Assembly: GCA_951406725.2 (NCBI GenBank)
Contig: OX597836.1
Location: forward strand, 35,898,001-35,962,000
Length of the DNA stretch: 64,000 nucleotides
Source of the DNA: Octopus vulgaris
Lineage: Eukaryota
Direction: 5' to 3'
In this document: positions 53,258 to 64,000 of the stretch, one piece after another
Numbering within the stretch: the first letter of the stretch is position 1
Layout of the letters: each line of letters begins with the position of its first letter
The notes under the pieces: generated by a model
Told to the model about the DNA's origin: nothing
What the model saw: only the letters and a program-made list of their open reading frames with translations
The model's database searches: none
Translations under genes and position numbers: made by a program

Positions 53258-53372
53258 TCATAAATGGAATTAGGTAATTGTGTCGGAATTTCTAACTTAT
53301 CCTTTCATTTTATCCAGATGGGTAGACAGTTCCCATTTCGCTTTTTGCGCTTCGTGATATTTTTGCTTCATA

Positions 53373-53603
53373 AGGCGGCGAGCTGGCAGAAACGTTAGCA
53401 TGCCGGGCGAAATGCGTAGCCGTATTTCGTCTGCCGTTACGTTCTGAGTTCAAATTCCGCCGAGGTCGACTTTGCCTTTCATCCTTTCGGGGTCGATAAA
53501 TTAAGTACCAGTTACGCACTGGGGTCGATTTAATCGAGTTAATCCGTTTGTATGTTCTTGTTTGCCCCCGCTGTGTGTAGCCCCTTGTGGGTAGTAAAGT
53601 AAC
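53373..53603 (+). mobile_element. SINE family A
   Basis: Consensus match; flanking repeat gatatttttgc(t/c)tca. Confidence 0.92.
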
Positions 53604-53797
53604 AGATATTTTTGCCTCAGTTGATATTTTGGGAATCACCTTGCATGTGATTGAACTCAGAACGTTTAGGTAACAGCAATGCCATAACCAACGTCTTCCT
53701 ATGCTACACTATGACCGAGGTAGTAGCAACAATTAAGATGCAAATACCAGTTCGACTATGATAAATAGTATACATAAATACATAAATAGTATACATA

Positions 53798-54201
53798 GGC
53801 GCAGGAGTGGCTGTGTGGTAAGTAGCTTGCTAACCAACCACATGGTTCCGGGTTCAGTCCCACTGCGTGGCATCTTGGGTAAGTGTCTTCTGCTATAGTC
53901 CCGGGCCGACCAATGCCTTGTGAGTGGGTTTGGTAGACGGAAACTGAAAGAAGCCTGTCGTATATATGTATATATATATATGTGTATGTATGTGTGTGTG
54001 TGTGTTTGTCCCCCTAGTATTGCTTGACAACCGATGCTGGTGTGTTTACGTCCCCGTCACGTAGCGGTTCGGCAAAAGAGACCGATAGAATAAGTACTGG
54101 GCTTACAAAGAATAAGTCCCGGGGTCGATTTTCTCGACTAAAGGCGGTGCTCCAGCATGGCCGCAGTCGAATGACTGAAACAAGTAAAAGAGTAAAAGAG
54201 T
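53798..54201 (+). mobile_element. SINE family B, full length
   Basis: Consensus match. Confidence 0.92.
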
Positions 54202-55471
54202 ATAATATAATTTTCTAGTCTCAGAAATATAGAATTGCTTTTTACATAGTTTGTAAATATCTAATTATCACTTCGTGAATTGCTGAGTACAATTTATAGA
54301 GCCACCTGTCTTTGTAAAGATCGGAGGATACGAAATATCTTAAATACCTTAAATAATTAATCATTGAGTATCGCTGTTCACTCTGTCCTGCGGGATATAG
54401 CAGGCAATCCAATATAAAAATGCATAGTACCGTCTTAAAAGTAGGACATGTTGGATTGAATTGCCCGATGTATTTCATACCTTAGAATATCAAGATGGTC
54501 ATATATGGTAGGTTTTTGATAATGGATCTATTTGAAGTCTGATTGGCTTTAATCAACAGCTCAAATAATTTTAGATAACGCGGTGAGCTGGTAGAATAGT
54601 TAGCACGCCAGGCAAAATGTTTAACGACATTTCGTCTGTCTTTAAGTTCTAAATTCAACTTCAGCCGATGACGGCTTAGCTTTTCATCCTACCGAAATTC
54701 ATACAATATATACCTGTTGAGTAGTGGGGTCGACGTGATCGACTCATTCCCTCTACAGGACTTGCTGGCCTTATACCAGAATTTGAAATGTTACTACATA
54801 TTTCTCGCTCAGAGATTTAAAACTAGTTGTTTTCTCTTTACGAGATCAGCGACTGATTGTGGCTTTAAAAGTATATACTATGTGCAAATGACGAGTAGTT
54901 GCCATCTCTAGCCAGTGGTTGTCCCGTGCCGAAGAAAAGAAATAACCCAGAACTCATTCGTCTGCAATTATCGCTAAGGTTAAAAAGGGGGTCATAAACA
55001 GACGTAGATCATATGCTGTAGCCAGCTGGAAAAGATGTTTACCTGGGACTAAACAGTGGTAACAGCATCCTGCGCAGGTTGCCATATTGTGCTGGGAAAT
55101 AGACTTTACTGTTCAGTATTGTTACTACATATTTCTCGGTCACTAGTTGTTTTTTCTCTTTAATAAATATATAATTTTAGATATTGCATATCTGAGCAAG
55201 GCGATCATGGCTTACCGGCTTCTAAAAAATGGAGGTGATCATTGTTTCTCTAAATCAACGAGGGTTAGAATAACAAGGGTATCCCTGTTTTGCCGGAGTA
55301 GGGCAAAGAGCACATGTGACATTTTGTTCGAAGACACCCATTGGTATGTTTTTTTCATTGTTGCTTAAAATATTTTCATGCATACATTGTATGGAAAGCA
55401 TTATTGTATTTTAGTTTTATAAATCTGCCGTGCATTTAATGCATTCTTTACATAAAAGCTTTACCACCGTC

Positions 55472-55524
<53 letters not shown>

Positions 55525-55569
55525 TCATACATGAAAATATTTATATTCCTGTCTCTATCTATCTATCTC

Positions 55570-55601
<32 letters not shown>

Positions 55602-57108
55602 TGTAGTTCATTCATCACCACCCACACATAGAATTGATAATACTCAAAACAGCAAAGCATATACACACAGAATTCAAGCGAAACGAAATGTAGTCAATAG
55701 TAAGTGTAAATCATACTTTCTGTACCATAGTTATGCTATAAAAAATGGAAGGTTATGGATTTAGCAAAAAGTTACTAAATGTAGTCAACATAGGGGCAAA
55801 ACACAATTTATATATATATAGAGAGAGGATTAAATGCAAATTATAACTTAGTTTTAGGGTAACTATTTACAATAGATTTCTTCTTGCATCAAGAATTCTG
55901 CTTGAACCTGAGTGGGAACCTTGCAAACTCTTAATATTTAAAACTTATCTTTGTGCTGCATAGCTCTTTCATGCGATTCCAAATATTTGAATATTTTTAG
56001 TATGAAGAAGATTGAAATTCTAGATAAATATAACGATGGGCTAAAACAGATAAATATTAAAAACAACTTCAGTCAACAGCGGAAGATAGCAAAAACACCC
56101 CCTCACACACACACACATGCACATACACACATACATACATACACACACACACCTAAAGGCACCGCCATCATCATGACCATCACCACTAGACATGCAATGA
56201 TTCTCCATACAAAGATTCCGTTCAGAAGGCGTTGACCATCTCGAGAATATGGGGGAAATATTTGTCCAAATTGCCAAGGTGTAGGCTTGATCATAGAACA
56301 GTGTGGTGACAACAGAAACCTCACAACAAAATGACCATGTCTGCAACCCTGCACCATCAGCGATGCATGCATTTTAATAATTTAGTAATTAGTATTTAAT
56401 GGTTTCTTCCTGTTATGTTAATGGTTTGTAAATGGAGCTGCCTAATTACGTAACATTTAAGTATTATGTACGCGTTTAATGAATCGTGAGACGAACAATT
56501 TCCTATGGTATTCATAACGAAACGGCATTAAGCGAAACAGTCTGATCCTGCAATTAAAACGTGTCACAGACACGAATCACTGGGAATTCCGTAAAATCTC
56601 TCTTAGATATATATTCAGTTAATAGCTTAATGATCGTATCCTGTCTGTAAAATAAATGTGCAGTAAATCAAGTATAAAGACAATCGATCTACTCTGATTG
56701 CATCAGCTTTAAGCAGTTTATCGTTCGTGTAGCATTTTATTGAAATGGACGAGCAGATGTTGACTATTGTCCCCTTTCTCGAAGCTATTAATTTAACAAT
56801 GGAATTGGTATTGATTCCAATCAAATCTATATCTCAGAGATTAAAGGCTAACGGATTGCCAATGCCTAATCGGAAGCATGTTTCTTTATTATTTAATTCG
56901 AAAGTGCTGCATATTATACAATATAATTTGCATCGATGATTATATTCTTCTCATGATATTTGAATCAAGTAGTATCACATCTGTTCCTTGTTGTATCACA
57001 TGAGCAGAATTTGCAAACTGGGGACTGCGATAAAAGTCTGTAAATTGATGTTCGTGATATTCCATAAATTCGTGCGTATGCTGTTTGGAAAACTGAAATC
57101 TAACGAAT

Positions 57109-57198
<90 letters not shown>

Positions 57199-57206
57199 AG
57201 AGAGTG

Positions 57207-57237
<31 letters not shown>

Positions 57238-57467
57238 TTTACGAAAAAAACAAAAGACGAAGACAGGTGGTGTACAAAACAAACAGTCTTTTACGTTTAT
57301 ATATATATATTTATTTATACATAGATAGATAGACAGATAGAGAGAGAGAGAGAGAGAGAAAGAGTGAGAGAGTGAGGGAGGAGAATATGCATACATACAC
57401 ACACATACTTATACATACATATAGATATATACGCACACACACACATATATGTATATATATATATGTA

Positions 57468-57508
<41 letters not shown>

Positions 57509-57540
57509 TATAATCTAGGGTATATACGAGATACTACTAC

Positions 57541-57935
57541 GCTTTGATTTCAAGACGAAAGGGTTTCTTCCCTCAGGATAATGCTCAGTCAGATGCAACG
57601 AAGATGACATTCCAAAGGTTGGAGCAGTTTGAATGGGAAACGCTGCCCCACCCACCAGTGACCCATTTCATTATCATTTATTCCGCAGCCTTGAAGATCA
57701 TTTGGACGGAAAAAATATGAAGTCTGTATAAGAGGTCAGAAATGTACTAGAGGCGCATTTTTTGTGACGGACAAGTGAATTTTGGAAGAAAGACCTTACA
57801 AGTCAAAAAAATAGATGGAAAGGAACTGTAAAAATGAGGGAAAATATATTTTAGATTTAAAAAGTAATTTGCTTATCTTAATTTTGAAAAATAAAATAAG
57901 TATAAAAGGCCGTATTATTCATGGCATGAGCCATT
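57541..57935 (+). mobile_element. Mariner transposase C-terminal remnant
   Basis: QDNAQSD..TFQRLEQFEWETLPHPP..YHLFRSLEDHLDGK..EFWKK..RWK..NEGKYILD (frameshifts and stop). Confidence 0.8.
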
Positions 57936-58077
57936 GCCATTTGTATAATACTATTATTATGATAATTCTAATATATTCTTTAGCATTGCAAGACAAATCT
58001 GTGTTTTTCATTTCTTTCCTTATATATATACATACACGCACATCCAAACAAACACACACATGCACATCTATGTGTGG

Positions 58078-58129
<52 letters not shown>

Positions 58130-58914
58130 GTACACGCCTGAAAGCAAACACACATATAAAGCTCGTATACATACATATATACATACATAAGTACAGTTGT
58201 ATGAATCATCATACCTAATCTTAATAAGACATGTTTTTTTTGTTTCTTTTGTTTATGTTTTGACACTGTCAGTGCAATACGAATTGAACTATAAATAGTG
58301 AAACGTTAAGATATGATTGCTTTGTGAGTTCAAAGTCATCGATTCGTAATATAAAACCTCATCCGCTGACTTGACATTTCAGATTGTGTAAATGAACACA
58401 TATGATAGGCCAAGCGATTACAAGGTCAACGAGGTTATTCCTTTTGGTTGAAGTAGTATAGCATAGGTTGCATCGCAGCAAATCCTATCTGTATTGTCAG
58501 TATTATTGATGGCTATGTGTTTGCTTACATCTCAACTGAAATCAAAGCAGTTATAAATCTCCACGCCTTAAATAGATTTTCTCTGAGAATAATGAAATGA
58601 CATTAATGTTCGTTTCATGCCATGACTTTTGCATGGTTAATGACGTATTCCTATGTAAAGTAAATTTCTGAGTAAACATGTAATATACTTCTTAAAAGCT
58701 GCTCCTTGTCTCCCCAGTTACTTTGAATTTCAAAGCTTTCTTCTATATTTGTATTTTCGATTTAATATAATGGAATGTAATAGGATAAAACATAAGAAGA
58801 CGAGTTATTTGGGTTAGGAGCGATTATGCATTTAAATTGCTAGTCTTGCATTCATATTTTAACGTTTTAACAGGTTCGATTCCATTAAGTGGCTATTGAC
58901 CATTGGGTATGCGA

Positions 58915-59298
58915 TGGAAGCACTCCGTCGGTTACGATGACGAGGGTTCCGGTTAATCCGAATCAACGGAACAGCCTGCTCGTGAAATTAACGTGTAAGT
59001 GGCTGAGCACTCCACAGACACGTGTACCCTTAACGTAGTTCTCGGGGATATTCAGCGTGACACAGAGAGTGACAAGGCCGGCCCTTTGAAGTACAGGTAC
59101 ACCAGAAACAGGAAGTAAGAGTGAGAGAAAGTTATGGTGAAAGAGTACAGCAGGGATCACCACCATCCCCTGCCGGAGCCTCGTGGAGCTTTTAAGTGTT
59201 TTCGCTCAATAAACACTCATAACGCCCGGTCTGGGAATCGAAACCGCGATCCTATGACCGCGAGTCCCCTGCCCTAACCACTAGGCCATTGCGCCTCC
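58915..59298 (-). mobile_element. SINE family C, tail type 3
   Basis: rc head ggaggcgcaatggcctagtggttagggc; distinct tail ...gtcacgctgaatatccccgagaactacgttaagggtacac...gacggagtgcttcca. Confidence 0.85.
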
Positions 59299-59780
59299 AC
59301 TATGTGATACCTAGTAAAAGTTGTGTTTTGTACATACTTCGAGTTTAGAATGTTAAACCTGAGGTATGTAGAAAACTATAGGAAGGAGGACTTCTTACTA
59401 TATATATATATATATATAATTTAAAATGAGGGTGAGAAATTAGATATTAATTTAATTAACATCGATTTCACACCTGTGTAATGGGTAGGACTGTTTTATA
59501 AGTCTGACTTTGTGTGGGCATCCTAGTATGCAGTGTCCTGCAAATTATATTCACCTTGGACCGTCGTACCGATTATCTGCGGACAATTACGTAAGTAAGA
59601 TTACGTAATTTGTTGATAGTGAAACATGTATACGAATAATCTATATTTTTATTACATTTTCTTTTGTCTTGCTCGATTACGTCTTGGTTGTTTTGGTAAA
59701 TTTTTCTTGAGAACATTTCTTAGTGGTGAGACCGAAGTGGATCTATTTCTAGCATATGGGTGTTCACATAGTGGTTTCCC

Positions 59781-59821
<41 letters not shown>

Positions 59822-59826
<5 letters not shown>

Positions 59827-60039
59827 CTTTACTACCCACAAGGGGCTAAACACAGAGGGGACAAACAAGGACAGACAAAGGGATTAAGTCGATTACATCG
59901 ACCCCAGTGCGTAACGGGTACTTAATTTATCGACTCCGAAAGGATGAAAGGCAAGGTCGACCTCGGCGGAATTTGAACTCGGAACGTATCGACAGACGAA
60001 AAACGGCTTCGCATTTCGCCCGGCATGCTAACGGTTCTG
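59822..60039 (-). mobile_element. SINE family A
   Basis: rc consensus. Confidence 0.9.
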
Positions 60040-60051
60040 TATATATATATA

Positions 60052-61180
60052 CTAGCAATGCATCCCAGTGCTGCCCGTGTGTTATGACTTACAGGCACAT
60101 TGTATTATTTCTTATGGGTTGAATCGGTATACCTGATGTATAGTTTAATGGAATAATAGAAGCTATTGTTCGTTTAATAGTGAAAGGAGAGGCTACAATT
60201 TGTATGGGTTTGCGTGAAAGTGTTTTCTGTTCTTAAGGATGATAACAAACTATGTATTGTTTCATTGTATAAAGGGGGTTAATATGATTAACCAGAAGTC
60301 ACGTTTTCAAACCTTTAATTTCCCTCTATTTGTGACATCTTTCGGAAATTTAAAAAAATTATCTACGTAAAAAATACAGAGGTTACGAATCTGGGATATA
60401 TATTTATATTTTTTGTAGTTTAATTTAAAGAAACACCCAATGCCCCTTCCTCCACCTCACCCATCCATCACCTACTAGCTTTTAAAATGCTAAAATCTCC
60501 AATTCTTTCACTTTTGTCTGATGTTTTTTCTGCATGCGTAGAATTCTACTGAAATAGGTGATTTCAAAAATACCAGACCACCAATAGAAATCCCGACATG
60601 CTAGAAACAACAGGTAAATGATATTATTTCATGAAGAAAATACCCCGCTTTCCACAAAGCTAAAAGTGAAACATTGAGAGTGTGTAGCTTTCTGAAAGTG
60701 GTTAGGTGAGAGTTACAATTCTTAAAGCTTCGTACTCACTGTTTTTTCTCCATGGATTACCAAACAAAAAAAAAAAAAAAAAATGCAAAAAAGTAAAAAA
60801 TTAATTTGGTGCGGAGAGGGAGAAAATTAAAGTATTGAGAATTCCATTAGATGTGGGCTCATTAAAACAGTGTAAAATGTTCTTTTCTATAGCTTACTAT
60901 AGACGTAGCGAACGCAGAAATACACACACGAATACACACACGCGCGAACACACACACACACACTCACCCACACATACACCCACCCACACATAGAATTGAT
61001 AGTACTCAAAACAGCAAAGCGTATACACACAGAATTCAAGCGAAATGAAATCTAGTCAACAATAGATGCAAAACATACTTTCTGTGCCATAGTTATGCTA
61101 TAAAAAATGAAAAGTTATGGATTTAGCAAAAAGTTACTAAATCTAGTCAACATAGGAACAAAACACAATTTCTGTAGCAT
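60052..61180 (-). mobile_element. Probable second non-autonomous Helitron family
   Basis: rc 3' end cgggcagcactgggatgcattgCTAG|t at 60052. Segment 60983-61170 also occurs at 55620-55810, where it runs into a Helitron-like 5' end (tctctctatatatata on minus). Upper boundary uncertain. Confidence 0.5.
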
Positions 61181-61589
61181 ATATAAAAAAATGGAAAGTC
61201 ATAAATTTTGCAAAAGTTATAATAGAAAATCAAAATTTATTTGGAACATGTATTAAATGCAATAAAATTCACGATTGAATGAATGTCACGGTGAAAAAAG
61301 TGGAAATCCAAGAAAATTCAATTTTTCATAGAAAAATTATTTATTTTACAATTTCGACATGAACGCCAAACCAAGTGAATAGAAAGGACGATGATGCTGT
61401 TGTGAACGTTAATCTAAAACATTTGGTGAAAGATGTATGTAACAAGAAATAAATTTATTTGACATTACTATATATTTTTTAACTCTATAGGGTGTAGAAT
61501 AAATATTGACTAACGCTTCAATGAGGTTGTGCGACGTTGATACTCACATTGATGAAGAAGCATAGGAGAATTACAAGGACTGTTATAAA

Positions 61590-61940
61590 AACAATTGCAG
61601 CGTGGAAGGTGTTAATAAGCCATTTTAAGAAACACAAAAACCGTTCGATTCACTTCAACATTTAAATTTAATTTGTCAAAAAATTTTTGTCGCTTTCAGA
61701 TCGCTACCTATTCACTGACAAAACTTCGTACTGCAGTGAACAGGTCGCGGTCTCAAAGCGACGAAAATATATTTTGAAAAACTAAATTTAAATGTTGAAG
61801 TGAATCTAACGGTTTTTGTGTGTTTCTTAAATGGCTTCTTAAAGGTTTTTCTTAAACACCTTCCATGCTGCAATTGTTTTCGTTCCAGCACACGATCGAT
61901 CTGAGATCAAGTCACTCGCTTTGCAAATGCATCTCTGTTA
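61590..61940. repeat. Imperfect palindrome (~140-bp arms) of an interspersed repeat
   Basis: aacaattgcagcgtggaaggtg...ttcactg is mirrored by cagtgaa...caccttccatgctgcaattgtt. Confidence 0.85.
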
Positions 61941-62669
61941 TAAAAATATTATATTGAAACTGGTTTAGAAGAAGCGGAATAATATTTCAGTAATTATATT
62001 GAAAGAACCGCTGAGGTTTTCTACTTCACCAAGTTTCCGAATTTGTTATCATAACCACAATAACATTTTTTCAGATATATTTGCAAGAATTGAGAGTCCT
62101 ATAAAATAAACTAAATTTTCCTGCTCGTGGTATTTGAAAGTGAACGCTGTTGCATGTTTGAACTCCAGGCCGTAAATAAACTAAACTTCCAAAGCGCTTT
62201 TCATTGTTAGGTGGGAGTAAAGTCACATACATATAATGTACATATAATGTAGATGTGTGTGCGGGGATGTGAGTGTGTCCGTCGTTACAAAAATGTATGT
62301 ATAGTGATAGACACGTACATCGTCACACACACTTGTGAGTCATCGGCTTAACGTAGTTAACGAATGCACGAACACACTCATATAGAAAATATGACATCAC
62401 CATCGTTGTATTGGTGGTATAAGATGTTTACGACAGGTCACTAAAGGAAAAATGATAAAGTTAATTTTGTGTAATGCAAATGTGTAAATGAAAATATAAT
62501 TTAGCTGGTAGTCAAAAGATTACTGTAACTTTCGATATCCCATATGTCAAAATCAGCAATTCAGTTTTGAAATGCATAACGAATCTATGCGCGCACACAG
62601 ACATGTAAACTCTCTTTTATAGACATAGATATATACATATATATATATATGTCTATATAGACATATATA

Positions 62670-62734
<65 letters not shown>

Positions 62735-63545
62735 TCATACATACATATATATATATGTATATATATATATTCATATACATGTTTATATATATTTATATAT
62801 ATATCGTTTTTCTCACACACACATATATATAGTGTTTTTCTCACCTTCACCGCATTCTCTCTGTCTATCTCTCCCCCTCTTTCTCCTGATTCATCTGTCG
62901 TTGCTCTTACGTGACCATCGCCCATCTTTCTTTTCTTTCTCTTCTTTCAAGGCTATCTTAAGGAGTGGACATATCTTGTGTCTCTCCCTTGTCTTTTCTT
63001 TTGTCAAAGAAAACATTTATCCAGCGTTCCTTATTTTACCCTCGTTCTGGTCTAACAACCCTTCATGTTTGTTTTCGCTCGGTTTCCTTGTATGTCTCCA
63101 CTATCCGGTTTTTGTTCTCAAATTTGATCCTCCATAAATCCCAAATTTTATTTTGGTATTTATGGGAGCAACTGTTATATTGTCGAAGAGTTATATTGCC
63201 GGACAGTGCTCCAGGTGGGGAATAGATGGACAGCCGAAAAACTGATGAGGTGTCTTTCTTTGTGTTAAGTGTCCTGTTTTGCATTTGTTCCTCTCGTTGT
63301 TTGCGTATTGAACTCATTTGTTTTCGTATTTCATGTTGTTCACAGTTGGTGACCCATATATACATGAATATATATATATATAAAATTATAGAGGGGTTTT
63401 AGAGTCGGTTCATGGCTGCTATGGCTGCTATGGTTCTCGTAGATAGCCTAGTTTATAATTTTAATAATTATTACATTTGAAGGTTATCTTTTCCATGCTG
63501 ACCACTTGATAAGTTCGCTATTTTATCTTGAATTAACGATCTTAT

Positions 63546-63603
<58 letters not shown>

Positions 63604-63701
63604 CACGGGAAGGTTTACGAAGATAAACAAAAGGCGAAGGCAGGTGGAGTACAAACCAACAAATTTATTAGTATAGCGCTCAGGAATGGAAATAGAAAAA
63701 G

Positions 63702-63739
63702 TCTCTTACGTTTCGAGCCTACGTTCTTCGACAGAAAGA
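63702..63739 (-). ncRNA. Hammerhead-like motif with variant core
   Basis: rc: tcttt CTGTCGA a gaac-gtag-gctc GAAAC GTA agaga; A6 replaced by U. Confidence 0.4.
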
Positions 63740-64000
63740 TACACAGAAAAAAACAAGGAGAGAAACAAGGAGAGAAAATGCGTGTAGGAGCTAACGATCT
63801 ATACATATGTGTGTGTATGCGTTTCTGTGTGTGTGTATTTGTATATGCATTTTGTTATCATTTATCTATTACTAGTTACACACACTGGACTGAGGGGCAC
63901 AGTCTAGAACAAATCGAACGTAGTACTTATTTCTAAGTCTAGTGCTATTCTACGATTCTCTTTTCGTTTACCATTAGAATTACCCGACAGCCGGCAGTAT

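Noticed and set aside
55995-56560. Tigger/pogo transposase start (MKKIEILDKYNDG) and end-like motif
   Set aside because: Too short and degenerate to support as a feature.

Overview
AT-rich eukaryotic DNA dominated by microsatellites and transposon relics, with no confidently supported host protein-coding gene. The repeat content (several tRNA-headed SINE families, (TA)n/(CATA)n/(ATCT)n tracts, and RTE, R4/Dong, CR1-like, Penelope, Helitron and mariner fragments) suggests an octopus/coleoid intron or intergenic region; this is an inference from recalled repeat families, not a database match. Nearly all supplied ORFs are translations of simple repeats or SINEs. The most unusual signal is a set of short elements, many embedded in (TA)n, that form perfect or near-perfect palindromes. 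One has a flip/flop loop inversion. One carries two back-to-back type I hammerhead ribozymes, one per strand. Several other canonical or variant minimal hammerhead cores are scattered through the window. Other notable structures are SINE multimers with a recurrent fixed junction, one SINE head with three alternative tails, head-to-head Helitrons, a Helitron carrying another repeat's end, and a permuted inverted Penelope copy. Coordinates were counted by hand and may be off by a few bases.
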